A stretch of DNA of 64,000 nt, taken from assembly GCA_951406725.2 (NCBI GenBank), contig OX597835.1, positions 3,162,001 through 3,226,000 of the forward strand, given 5' to 3'. Within the stretch, counting starts at the first letter, position 1, and the number at the start of each line of letters is the position of its first letter. Of the stretch, positions 13,080 through 26,379 are shown piece after piece. The notes under the pieces are model-generated. The model was not told where the DNA came from and did no database searches. It was given only the letters and a program-made list of their open reading frames with translations. Origin of the DNA: Octopus vulgaris. Taxonomy: Eukaryota. The translations under genes and the position numbers were made by a program.

Positions 13080-13865
13080 AGCACACACTTTGTCCATTTG
13101 TCGCTCTATCTATCTAACTATGTATCCTGTCTGTTTCTCTATCTGTCTCCGAGTCTCTCCATTCCTTCTCTCCTCCTTATCGACTTCTATTCAAGTTGAG
13201 ATCGGCATATATTGGAGAACACACAACAGCAAGCAAACAACAAATTTCAACAACTAAAAAAAGAATAAGCAAAACCGCAATAATAATCTAAGAAAAAGGG
13301 CAATCGATGCAGTGCTTTGTGTTGCGATGTGCCATATTCTTCAGCGCCGTGGTGGCTAACGAGCGTGCAACACTTATTCCAGCTTGCCGCTTCAGGCCCA
13401 AAGTCTAAAGTTTATTTTTATCTAAGAGAGCAAATATTTACTGAAGAACAAACTAAAACTACAAACAATAATAAAAACAATCGATCGATTTCTCAGACAA
13501 AGATGATTCTTTTACAAGATAATTCACTCTTTTAACACGCCTGCAAGAAATTCTTCAAACAATTGCTCTTACCTCCGGCCCATCTCCACTCTAACATCGC
13601 ATCCACGTGTATCAAAAGTAATTCTAACAATACCGTTTCTATAATTCTCTCAGACTTTCTGGATGTTTCTCCATCTTTCTTTCTTCTCTGTCACTTCCTT
13701 CGTTTCTTCCTTGCTCTCGTTTGCCTTCTCTCTCCCTCTCTCCCCTTCTCTCTCCCTCTCTCCCCTTCTCTCCCCTTCTCTTCCCCTCTCTCCCCTTCTC
13801 TCCCCTTCTCTCTCCTCTCGGTTTCTCCTTTTTCTTATTTCTCCCTCTCTTTTCTTCTCTCTCTT

Positions 13866-13896
<31 letters not shown>

Positions 13897-14064
13897 ATCT
13901 GCGTCTCCATTACACTGCTTGCCAAAGTTTCACAATCTCTCAAATAACGATCATAATCACGACTTTTAAAAGTTTTGATTATGACGATCGTGATGACTAT
14001 AATCTTGATGAAATATTGTAGTACTTACGACGACCATGGTGCCCAATATAACAATCATGGTGAC

Positions 14065-14145
14065 GCCGATGATGATGATGATGAGGATCGTCATTATAAT
14101 TTTGATCATCATTATCATCATCATCATCATCATGGTCATCAACAG

Positions 14146-14176
<31 letters not shown>

Positions 14177-14366
14177 GTCATCATCGTCATCAACAGCAGC
14201 AGCAGCATCCTTAACATTAACACCTTCCTCGTTCTTTTCAACATGATCATCATCAAAGTTGTCGTTACAGCTGTCGTTACCCTCCCCATCAACATCATCA
14301 TCATTATCATCATCATCACCATCATCATCATCATAATCATCATCATCATCATCATCGTCATCATCG

Positions 14367-14441
<75 letters not shown>

Positions 14442-14512
14442 CAACCATCATCATCGTCATCATCGTCGTCGTCGTCGTCATCATCATCATAATCGTCGTC
14501 GCCGTCGTCGTC
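14065..14512. repeat. (CAT)n/(CGT)n trinucleotide low-complexity tract
   Basis: Read directly; gives spurious poly-H/D/M/I ORFs. Confidence 0.95.
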
Positions 14513-14772
14513 CATTTACACCATTTTATTCCTTCGAAACATGTGTGGGAAGTAAAAGAATTTGAATAACACCAGCGTTTAACTCCATTCATTTATTTAT
14601 ATATAGCATGCAAAAAATTTCACGTAAACCCGAAGTTTCTATCTTTAAAAACAAGGAGTCACAACCTTTTTAATTGTGTGATATTTTGCCATCCTGGTAA
14701 CTCTTTATCTATTTTTTCCGGGTTAATTGTTAACAAGGGAAAAATACACACACACACACACACATACATACA

Positions 14773-14844
<72 letters not shown>

Positions 14845-14846
<2 letters not shown>

Positions 14847-15361
14847 AGCAGTATCGCCCGGCGTTGCTCGGGTTTGTAAGGGAAATAACTATATAAGCAT
14901 TTTTAGAGAGTTACTTCCCTTATAGATACCAATTCGGGCTTTCTTAGCCATTTCTGTTTTGGTGTCTTCAAGCCATGAAGTCGTTGTTCTAAAAGAACGC
15001 TGGTCTCCTTGACAACGCTTTACGACGTTGATTTCCTTACACTCCCTTCCCCACAGCTTCACGAGGGAGGGAAGAAGGGGGAGAAGCAAACACAGGTGCA
15101 GGTGTTTGAGCATGGACGCCAACTCCGCCGCCATCGACACACGAAAAATTATGCATTAAAATGGAATAAAAAATGATGTTAAATTATTTTTAAAATCGTA
15201 GACTCATCATAGACGCGCGCTAATAGCCAGACGGGCTCGATATGAATCACGACTATAAGATACCCGAATTTGGTTAAACTGCACCGCAAAATGTGGGAGT
15301 AGTTAGGAATCTAAACCGAAGGGGACAGACACTCACACAACTACAGTTTTATATATATAGA
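14845..15361 (-). mobile_element. Complete non-autonomous Helitron, about 517 bp
   Basis: Minus strand A|TCTATATATATAAAA ... hairpin CCCGAGCAACGCCGGG ... CTGG|T; A-T target, no TSD. Confidence 0.85.
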
Positions 15362-15368
15362 TATATAA

Positions 15369-15458
<90 letters not shown>

Positions 15459-16084
15459 ATCTATCTGCATATTTACATCAGCCTGTCATTCCATCTATCC
15501 ATCTGTCTGTCTATTTATCCATCGGTCAATCTATTCTGTTTGCCTCTTTGTCCGTCTACCTTACAACACTTTGAACTTACTCTCACACATAAATCATACA
15601 AACGTTTCATGTTTGAGTAAATTATCAAGGAAAAAAATATATATATTACCTTGTCGTTTGAATTACCATTGTGTCAGTTCTTCTTCAGACATATTCAATC
15701 AATTTGCCATAAGTGTCTTTCACAAATCTTCTATTCTGCCTGTGTACAATCACACAACACATGAAGAGTTTACGGTTCCCCTGTGAAAAGTATTTGCATC
15801 CATACTTACCTCGCTCGTTTCTTCTTCTTCTTTCATTCGGTTTAACTATTAACTTAGTTTTAAGCAAAACAGCAACCAAAAGAAACATTTGAATAAATAT
15901 ACCCGCCACCATCATTTTTTTTCTCTTTCTCTTCCTACTGCTCACTCACTCTCTCTCTCTTTCACTTTTTCTTACTCTCCACCCCTCTCTCTCTTTCTCT
16001 CTTTCTCTCTCTCGCTCTCTCTCTCTCTTCCCACCTCACAATTCACATGTTGTAACGTATGCGTACAATCATTGGAATTGCAAA

Positions 16085-16218
16085 TGTATGTATGTAGATG
16101 AATACATGTATGTATGTATGTATGTATGTATGTATGTATGTATGTATGTATGTATGTATGTATGTATGTGTGTGTGTATGTATGTATGTATGTGTGTGTG
16201 TATGTATGTATGTATGTG

Positions 16219-16249
<31 letters not shown>

Positions 16250-16585
16250 ATGGTGTGTGTGTGTATGGTGTGTGTGTGTATGGTGTGTGTGTGTATGGTG
16301 TGTGTGTGTATATAATGTATATGCTTGTGTACGTATGTATATATATGCGTTTGTGTGTGTGTCTGTGTATATATATGCACACAATTATTGGAATTGCAAA
16401 TATCTATATGTATATATGTATATATGTATGTGTATATATGTGTGTGTGTGTGTGAGAGTGAGTATGTGTACATATTATAATATACATATATATATATATA
16501 CATATATATTCACACAAATATATACATATATGCATAGGTATATTGGTGAATTTATGTATGAGCGTGTGTGTGTGTGTGTGTGTAT
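16085..16585. repeat. (TATG)n/(TG)n/(TA)n compound microsatellite
   Basis: Read directly from the sequence. Confidence 0.95.
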
Positions 16586-16973
16586 AAGAGTGGTCTGTAT
16601 GTGTACTTTCTTATCACACATAAAAAGCAAATAAATATTGAACAAGGACTTTTTTGCTTCCTTTTTTCTGTTTCTGTTTTTTTTTTTGTTTTTGCTTTTG
16701 GTTTAATCTACACACGTGGTATACATCATTGATAGCCGTGTTAATAGAGAACCGGATTCCAAACCGGGAAGTCAACCGTTCAAACTGCGAACATTATTTG
16801 CGTCAACACTAACTCCGCGATGCGATTCATAAAGATACGGGATTTACGGAGCTGGACATAACCCTTTCCCAAGACAAGTTTCTATCAACAGACTCTGCCT
16901 TTGTTTCAATTGATTTCGAAAATAATGAAGAATTTAACATAATGACTTTGGTATTATTATGCTGTTGTATATA

Positions 16974-17510
16974 AGGCGACGAGCTAACAGACTGGTTAAT
17001 TCGCCGGACAAAATGCTTAGCGGCATTTCGTTCGTCTTTACGTGATCACTGTGACGGACCAGGCTATCAGATGTTGCTACACATCTCTGGTCACAATGCG
17101 CTTCGCATTGTTTTAGCCTTCAAATGACGCCACCCCGCTGGCTAAGCGAGCAGGCCAACAGAAGAAAGTTGTGGTGAAAGAGCATAGCAGGGATCGCCAC
17201 CACTCCCTGTCGGAGCCTCGTGGAGCTTTAGGTGTTTTCGCTCAATAAACACTCACAACGCCGGTGTGGGAATCGAAACTGCGATCCTACAACCGCGAGT
17301 CCGCTGCCCTAACCACTAGGCCATTGCGCCTCCACTCGTCTTTACGAACAGAGTTAAAATTCCGCCGATGTCGACTTTGCTGTTCATCCCTTCGGAATCT
17401 TTTAAATAATTAGCTAATAAAATACCAGTTGAGCACTGGTGGGGGGCATATAATCGACTTACCCCCTCCCCGAAAATTTCTGGCTTTATACCAAAATTTG
17501 AAATCATTAC
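16974..17510 (+). mobile_element. SINE family A interrupted by a family C variant
   Basis: Head at 16974-17042 resumes at 17336. Confidence 0.8.
17043..17335 (-). mobile_element. SINE with family C head and an alternative 3' tail
   Basis: TSD TCGTCTTTACG at 17032-17042 and 17336-17346; 5' part matches family C, 3' part does not. Confidence 0.85.
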
Positions 17511-17789
17511 TATGCTGTTGCATAAGGCGCTGAGCTGGCAGAATCGTTAGCACGCCGGACAAAATGTTTCACGACATTTCATCCGTCTTTACGTTCTGTG
17601 TTCAAATTTCGCCAACGTCGCTTTTGCGTTTCATTTTATCGGGGTACCAGTGGAACACTGGGCTCGATCTAATCGACTTCACCTTCGCATCAAAAACTGC
17701 TGGTCCTGTGCCAAAATTTGAAGCCATTGTTAATCTGTTGTTTAGAACATTAACATGAGATTTTGACGGAAGGTTTTAACTTGGGTCAC

Positions 17790-18155
17790 TTCAACCCTTT
17801 CGTTACGAAATTCTTATTGAAATTCGTTGCTTTTGTTTCAATTAAATTTGAAAATAATGCGGAATTTCGCAAAATAACCTTGTTATTGATATGGTGTTTG
17901 GAACATAAATCAACATGGCGGTTGATGGGAGGTTTTTAATTTAGCTTACTTTAACCATTTTGCTACCAAATTCTCATTGAAATAAACTGTGTTTGTTTCA
18001 ATTAATTTTTAAAATAATGAAGAATTTAGCAAAATAATAACTTTGGAACATAACATGAAATATTGATGTAATATTTTGATTTATTTAGATTATTTTAAAG
18101 CAATGTTTGAATCACAAGACCAAGAGTGATTTCAGGTGGGTTGGTATTGAGAAAA
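17790..18155 (+). mobile_element. Decayed piggyBac-like MITE units (two tandem units of about 160 bp)
   Basis: AACCCTTTCGTTAC start and internal similarity to the TTAA-flanked MITE at 61019-61439. Confidence 0.6.
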
Positions 18156-18730
18156 TAAATGGATCTGATCTTATTTTCAAGACATTGTTCTTGTCTTTCA
18201 AGAGGTTTGCAAAATTTTAATTGGTTTGAATGCTTACAGCAAAGTATGAATCCCCTATCTGCTGCTTACAGTGTTGTTAAAAGTGAGTGTAGCAAGATAT
18301 CCTCTGACCCTTATCTAGCTGTTTGCTCCATAGTGAAACCTTCACTAAATATCGAAAATACCAGAGTTAAAGATGGTACGGGACACCGAATCTGAGTTGG
18401 TGACCTAACGAAATTCTTATGGCAGAAACTCTTCTCCTTCTTCTCCCCTTCTTCATTTTCTTATTCTCTTTTTCCTCTTTCTTCTTTTTCTTTTCTTTAC
18501 CCTTTTTATTCCATTCTTCTTTTCTTCCTTTTTTAATCCCCTTCCTTCACTTCTTCTCCATCTTTTTCTTCTACTTTTCCTTACCTCATTCTTCCTCTTC
18601 TTTTTCTTTTTCATCAGTTCCCAAGTCAGAAATATAATCTACACCACACCTTCCCTCACATATATTTATTCCCACCTTTGAGAGAAGTATCTAAGAGGTC
18701 ACTCGACTTATCCTGTATATATACTATATG

Positions 18731-19296
18731 TTGGGTTGTCCGGAAAGTTCGTGCCGATTTTTAAAGGCAAGGAAAAGGTCAATAAATACTTTCCATTACA
18801 TTTTTAATCAACCAAATTTGAACCATTTTCTTACACAATGCGTCTCCATCTTTCCTTGAACTTGAAAATACCCTCTTCCCAGAATTGAGGTGGTTTCATG
18901 GCAAAGAATTCATCAAGGTAGCTTTTTGCGTCTTTCAAGGAATTGAAATTTTTACCATTAAGACTATTCTGCAGAGACCTGAATAAGTGGAAATCCGAAG
19001 GAGCAATACCTGGTGAATATGGAGGGTGAGGTTACACATCCCAGTCGAGTTGCAGTAATTTTTGTCTGGTTCCCAAAGCATCAAGTGACGAAAATGAACT
19101 TTCTTATCTTCCATTTTAAAGGGTTACAGAATTAACACAGGTTATAGGAACATAAACCTTCTTCCACGAAAAGATAGCTTAAACTGTGCTCTAAATGGAG
19201 GTGTAGTCAAATCCTATTTTGTGGACTCAACCATGTTCTAACATAAGTCGAAAGGTAAGCTACTATAAATCGGCACGAACTTTCCGGACAACCCAA
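18731..19296 (-). mobile_element. Internally deleted mariner transposon (566 bp)
   Basis: Perfect 30-bp TIRs TTGGGTTGTCCGGAAAGTTCGTGCCGATTT; TA at the right flank; N-terminus MEDKKVHFRHLMLWE joined to C-terminal PPYSPGIAPSDFHLF. Confidence 0.95.
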
Positions 19297-19748
19297 TACT
19301 ATACAACACTCACACAGACACTTTGTTTCGGTTGAAGTACATGGCCACCTACATATTGTTGTTTTATTTCTTGAAGTATATTGAAATACAGCATCGATTT
19401 TCTGAAACCTTTGGCTCCAAAGCCTTTCTAGATGACTGATTTTCACCTCTAAATTAAACAAATATTAAATGAGGTTGCATGGTCTAGTAGTAAGGGAGTT
19501 GCACACGCACACACAAACACAGGATCTCAAGATCAAGGTTACGATTCTCGGACCGGGCTGTACATTGTATTCCTGTGTCATTTTACGTGGCTCTGCCCTC
19601 ACTTTGACATCGGCACTATAGTAAAAGGCATTCGCCCAAGGTGCCACTCAGTGAGACTGAACGAGAAGCCATGTATTTGGGAAAGTAACTTCTTACCAGA
19701 CAGCAGCGCCACCGCCTAAGTAGATATAAGAAAAACTTAACAGATACT

Positions 19749-19993
19749 CTTGTACTTGTTTCAGTCATTTGACTGCGGCCATGCTGGAGCACTGCCTTTA
19801 GTCGAGCAAATCGACCTCAGGACTTATTCTTTGTAAGCCTGGTACTTATTCTATCGGTCTCTTTTGCCGAACCGCTAAGTTACGGGGACGTAAACACACC
19901 AGCACCGGTTGTCAAGCGATGTTGGGGGGACAAACACAAACACACAAATACACACACACACACACACACACACACGCACGCACACACACACAT

Positions 19994-20054
<61 letters not shown>

Positions 20055-20176
20055 CCACGGGTTCCTTTTAGTTTCCGTCTACCAAATCCACTCACAAGGT
20101 GCCACGTAGTGGGACTGAACCCAGAATCATGTGGTTGTTAAGCAAGCTACTTACCACACAGCCAATCCTGCGCCTA
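19749..20176 (-). mobile_element. SINE family B with a small internal deletion
   Basis: Homology to the other B copies. Confidence 0.88.
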
Positions 20177-20531
20177 TACTGATACATATATATACATAAA
20201 ACACATATATTCATTAATAAATACATACGTACATACATACAATTGATAAGAAAACTACAGCTCTTATATCATGGGTATACTTGGCTATACAACAACTAAT
20301 CTGCATAAAAGAACAGCAAAACCGATTCGTATTCTGATAGAATTGATCAGGGGAACAGCGAAGATGTCGGGATTCTCCATTTCAGGCTCCTGGTTGAACA
20401 TATGCACACAATTACATATACATATGGAATACATACACTCACACATTCATAAACAGTAACAAAACATACACACTTGTGTTCTGTTGTGATACGGACACAC
20501 ATTTACACAACACACACGCAGATATATGCAT

Positions 20532-20945
20532 AGGCGCAAGAGTGGCTGTGTGGTAAGTAGCTTGCTAACCAGCCACATGGTTCCGGGTTCAGTCCCACTG
20601 CGTGGCATCTTGGGCAAGTGTCTTCTGCTATAGCCCCGGGCCGACCAATGCCTTGTGAGTGGATTTGGTAGACGGAAACTGAAAGAAGCCTGTCGTATAT
20701 ATGTATATATATATATATATAAGTGTGTGTGTCTGTGTTTGTCCCCCTAGCATTTCTTGACAACCGATGCTGGTGTGTTTATGTCCCCGTTACTTAGCGG
20801 TTCGGCAAAAGAGACCGATAGAATAAGTACTGGGCTTACAAAAAGAATAAGTCCCGGGGTCGAGTTGCTCGACTTAAAGGCGGTGCTCCAGCATGGCCGC
20901 AGTCAAATGACTGAAACAAGTAAAAGAGTAAAGAGTAGAAGAGTA
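20532..20945 (+). mobile_element. SINE family B, full length
   Basis: A-box GTGGCTGTGTGGT, B-box GGGTTCAGTCCC, CORE-like CTTGGGCAAGTG, and the tail; head-to-head with the 19749-20176 copy. Confidence 0.92.
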
Positions 20946-21307
20946 TACATAATCTCATTTAGGTAACCTGAAATCCCAAGAGCTGTTTTGATTTAAACAA
21001 AAGTTTTGCATCTTTCTTAATGACTGGCTTGGATTTTGCGAAGGGGAAAAACTTATAATAAATCTCAAAGAAAATATAAATATTTCTATGCATACCGTTA
21101 TCTTTTATTTTTTAAATGTGACGGTCGTTGGACCGAGGCTTTAAAGGGCTCAGTCGAACAAATAGATACCAGTATTTATTTTTAAGTCTGATACCTGCTG
21201 TAGTCTATCGGTCGCTTTTGCCGTACGAAAGTTATGGATACTTAAACAAACCAGCAACGGTTGGGGGGGGGACAAACCCGAAGTCACACACAGACACATT
21301 CATATAT

Positions 21308-21342
<35 letters not shown>

Positions 21343-21377
21343 TATAGATAGATAGATAGATAGATAGATAGACAGAC

Positions 21378-21450
<73 letters not shown>

Positions 21451-21576
21451 CATAGATAGATATATAGATACATAGATAGATAGATAGATAGAGACTTTTT
21501 CACTTCCCGAGCTTTAAGCTAATACATCTGTTCGTTGTCTACACTACCAGTCTTTGTCTTTTGTTTTTTTGTGAAT

Positions 21577-21706
<130 letters not shown>

Positions 21707-21799
21707 GACAGACAGCCAGATAGAGATGCGTGTGTATACATGACGGGCTTCCACTCAGTTTCCGGGTACCAAATTCAATCACAAGGCATGTATATTAAA

Positions 21800-22090
21800 A
21801 AAACTTCCCTACTACTTGAATACAGATGAGCAGGAGAATAGAGGAGAGATCTCCAATGTGCTACTGTAATCTATGAATGCTTTATAAGCAACTGATCAGT
21901 ATTATAGTTTGAAGAAGAAGCCGGTTACATCTTCTCTGAGGAGCGATCAACAAACCGTGAAGCGGTCGGGCAGGAGACTCTCGCCTTCTGTTTTTCTTTC
22001 TATAAATCCTGAATATAGAAAGAATATAGGTACATCTTATTTAAATTTACTCCAGTTCTTCTGTGTCACGCTGTGTTGTTGATAATCATA
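21800..22090 (+). mobile_element. Penelope-like terminal repeat remnant with a degenerate hammerhead motif
   Basis: CTGAGGA-GCG..CGT-GAAG-CGGTC at 21936-21967; related copy at about 24460-24565. Confidence 0.5.
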
Positions 22091-22269
22091 TTGTTTACAG
22101 ACACACACACACACACACAGACATACACACACAGAGACATACACGCACGCACATACCCTTGTATTTATGATAAAGCCTCATATAACATTATGTCTGTGCA
22201 AAAGAGCAAATGTTCACACCTTGCATAAGCTCTTTGATCATAGCTTCGATGCATTACGACTGACATGTA

Positions 22270-22274
22270 GAACC

Positions 22275-22306
<32 letters not shown>

Positions 22307-22642
22307 CCAGGACAGCAGCAGCAGCAGCAACACTAACAATTGCAACAGCAGCGGAGACAACTTCAAAAGCAGCGAAAACAACAACAACAACAACAACCGC
22401 TGCAAAAGCGAGAAAAGTTACAAGACCAACACCAACAACAAGAGTAATACCAAGAATGAAAATAATAACAACAACAAGAACGTCAACGGCAACTGCAAAT
22501 GCAACAGCAACAAGAACATGAACAATAGGAGCAACAACTTCAACAGCAACAACAACAACAAAATGACAACATAAACAACACAAGAAAAACAACAACAGCA
22601 ATAAGTATAATAATAATAATAATAATAATAATGATGATGATG

Positions 22643-22673
<31 letters not shown>

Positions 22674-22677
22674 CAAC

Positions 22678-22715
<38 letters not shown>

Positions 22716-23042
22716 TAAATAATAATATTAATAATAACAACAATAATAATAATATTAATAATAATAATAACAATAATAATAATAATAATACTAATAACAA
22801 TAATAATAATAATAATAATAACAATAATGATGATAATAATAATAATAACAATAACAATAATAACAATAATAATAATAATAATAATAACAACAATAATAAT
22901 AATATTAATAATAATAATAACAATAATAATAATAATAATACTAATAACAATAATAATAATAATAATACTAATAACAATAATAATAATATTAATAATAACA
23001 ATAATGATGATAATAATAATAATAACAATAACAATAATAATG

Positions 23043-23081
<39 letters not shown>

Positions 23082-23245
23082 GTGATGATGACGACGATGA
23101 TGATGATGATGATGATCGTCATCATCGTTATCGTCATCATCATCATCATGATAATCATCATGATGATAACAACAACTGCAAACTGTAGCATCAACAACTT
23201 CAACAACAACAACAACAACAACGACAACGACAACGACAACAACAT
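22270..23245. repeat. (AAC)n/(AAT)n/(GAT)n trinucleotide tract, about 1 kb
   Basis: Read directly from the sequence. Confidence 0.95.
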
Positions 23246-23611
23246 CGTTGCCTAAACCACTGCATATCTCATTACTTTAACATCTCAGTTCAAAAGACAT
23301 TCTTTGAGTGTTTTCAAGTCAATGTCCGCCATCTTGGAACCTATTCATCTCGTGATGAGGAAATGGAGGCCTTTTATTGCAATGAATTTTCAATTCACAT
23401 CGTGTGATGATGTATAATTTAACTTGTTTTCTTACCTACTGCGTAAAATACGTCAGTTTTCATTAAAGATGGCGCTGTCTTCAAATAGAAGTCGTATTCA
23501 TATTGCATCGAAGTGTATGTAGGTATATATGTGAGCTTAAGTAAGTGTATGTGTGTGTGTATGGTGCATGTGTATGTGCATGTGTATGTATTTCTGGATA
23601 GACGTATATTG

Positions 23612-23612
<1 letters not shown>

Positions 23613-23642
<30 letters not shown>

Positions 23643-24000
23643 TGTATGTATGTATGTATGTATGTATGTATGAAAGCATGCATGTATGTATGTATGAATG
23701 TATGTATGTATGTATGTATGTATGTATGTATGTATGTATGTATGTATGTATGTATGTATGAAAGCATGCATGTATGTATGTATGTATGTATGTATGTATG
23801 TATGTATGTATGTATGTATGTATGTATGTATGTATGTATGTATGTGTGTGTGTATGTATGTATGTATGTATGTATGTATGTATGTATGTATGTATGTATG
23901 CATGTATGTATGGTTGGTTGGTTGGATAGTTGGTGGATGGATGGATGGATGGATGGATGGATGGGTGGATGGATGGGTGGGTGGACGCATGGATGGATGG
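23613..24000. repeat. (TATG)n then (TGGA)n microsatellite
   Basis: Read directly from the sequence. Confidence 0.95.
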
Positions 24001-24184
24001 AAGTATGTATTTATGAGTTTTAGAACGGGATAGCTGAATGATTTAAAACTTCAATTCGCAAGCACGAGGTTCTAGGTTCGATCTTGCAGCCTGACATCTT
24101 TGTGTCTTTTACTTAGTCTCAGGTAAACATTCTTATGAATTAGATAATAGATTCAGGCACAGGCGTGACTTTGTGGTAAGAAGA

Positions 24185-24440
24185 CGGCGAGCTACCAGAA
24201 ACGTTAGCACGCCGGGCGAAATGCTTAGCGGTATTTCGTCTGCCGTTACGTTCTGAGTTCAAATTCCGCCGAAGTCGACTTTACCGTTCATCCTTTAGGG
24301 GTCTATAAATAAAGTACCAGTTTCGCACTGGGGTTGATATAATCAACTTAATCCCTTTCTCTGTCCTTGTTTGTCCTCTCTGTGTTTAGCATTCTTGTAG
24401 ATAGTAAAGAAATAGGTATTTCGTCTGCCGCCACGTTCTT
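24185..24440 (+). mobile_element. SINE family A with the start of a second unit
   Basis: Head, body, tail and the dimer junction AAGAAATAGGTATTTCGTCTG. Confidence 0.88.
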
Positions 24441-24640
24441 TGATTAAGGAATAAATCCGGGTGTGTCTTCTCTGAGGAGTAGTCAACAAACCGTGATATG
24501 GTCCTTTAGGAGACTCTCTCCTATTTTTCTTCCTCACATCAAGAGCATAGAAAGAATTCTATGTTTTTAGCGGACAGAAACAGTGAAGCTTGCAAATTTA
24601 TTTCAATTACTTCGATTTTTACTGTATTATACTTCACATT

Positions 24641-24647
24641 TAGATAA

Positions 24648-24718
<71 letters not shown>

Positions 24719-25319
24719 CATATTTAATATATATGCATACATATGTAATGTATGTATTTATACGGATATGTATTGCATACACACACATACATATATATAT
24801 AGAGAGACACACACCTGTATTCATGTATGTATGTATGTATGTATGTATGTATGTATGTTTGTATGTATGTTTGTATGTATGTATGTATGTATGAATGTAT
24901 GTATGTATGTATGTATGTATGTATGTATGAATGTATGTATGTATGTATGTATGTATGTATGTATGTATGTATGTATGTATGTATGTATGTATGAATCTGT
25001 GTGTGTATGTATGTATGTATGTATGTGTATGTATGTATGTATGTATGTATGTATGTACGTATGTATGTATGCATGTATGCATGCGTGTATGTATGTATGT
25101 ATGTATGTATGTATGTATGTATGTATGTACGTATGTATGAATCTGTGTATGTATGTATGTATGTATGTATGTATGTATGTATGTATGTACGTATGTATGA
25201 ATCTGTGTGTGTATGTATGTATGTATGTATGTGTATGTATGTATGTATGTATGTATGTATGTATGTATGTATGTATGTATGTATATATATATATATATGT
25301 ATGTATGTATGTATGTATA
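24641..25319. repeat. (AGAT)n and (TATG)n microsatellites
   Basis: Read directly from the sequence. Confidence 0.95.
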
Positions 25320-25660
25320 GGAAGCTGAATCGCCATAAACCGCAACATTGAACATGAGATGGGTTTTAACAAAACGAAACACACACATAGAATTATTTCG
25401 AAGATAGGAGAATAAGATAAACCTTATAAATGGGATAATAACAGTTGTGATGTTTGAAGTTCAGAGAAAATGAATAGATTGTTCCATAAGAATTTTATCG
25501 TAAACATCCGTTCGCAGCCATTATGATTTTGTCGCCATAAATTTGAAATTTGTTGGAATTTGTTTTTGCTATTTACGTACTATTAGCTTCAACGTTCTCA
25601 TTATCAGAAATCAGTTCTCTCTTCGTTTATTCGTTGTTTGCATTTCCTTCGTATATGTGT

Positions 25661-25691
<31 letters not shown>

Positions 25692-26379
25692 TGTATGTGA
25701 GAGAGAGAGATTGTGTGTCTGTGTGAGACAGTATGTGTGTGTGTGTGTGCGGGTATGTGTCTGAGAGAGTGTGTGTATGTGAGAGAGAGATTGTGTGTCT
25801 GTGTGAGACAGTATGTGTGTGTGTGTGCGTGGGTGTGTGTATGTGTGTGAGAGAGTGTGTGTATGTGAGAGAGAGATTGTGTGTCTGTGTGAGACATTGT
25901 GTGTGTGTGTGTGTGTGTGAAAACAACGCACTCTTACACTTTTACTCTTTTATTTGTTTCAGTCATTTGACTGTGGCCACGCCGGAGCACCGCCTTTAAA
26001 AAAGAACAAAAAGAAAAATTGTCAACTATGGCTCGCGAAATACTGTGTTCTTATCACCATAACGGTGAATTGAGAATTTTTGCTCGAAAATTCTTTTTGT
26101 AAATTCTAGTGGGCGTATCTCGCCAGAAAAAGTGAATTTTTTTCTTTTTGCGTGGTGGACGTGAGTGTGTTGGCTCTGTCCAATACTGAACTGAAAGAAA
26201 AAAGAACAACATCGGCATAAGACCGTAGAGGTAGGTTGATTTGTTTTCGGTTGAGCTGGGTGTAATTTGTCAAATAGTAAGGTATTCCCCGGTTCTGCTG
26301 CTAGTTACGATAGACATCTGCCAAAAGGCCGCCAAACAAATCTGGCATAAACTCATATAATTCATAGTGCAGATCATCC

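Noticed and set aside
13568-13690. Minus-strand donor GAG|GTAAG with an upstream ATG
   Set aside because: The frame from that ATG stops before the donor and no partner exon was found.
22167-22574. Asn-rich 135-aa ORF resembling a low-complexity protein
   Set aside because: It grades into pure (AAC)/(AAT) repeats, with no splice signals or domain.
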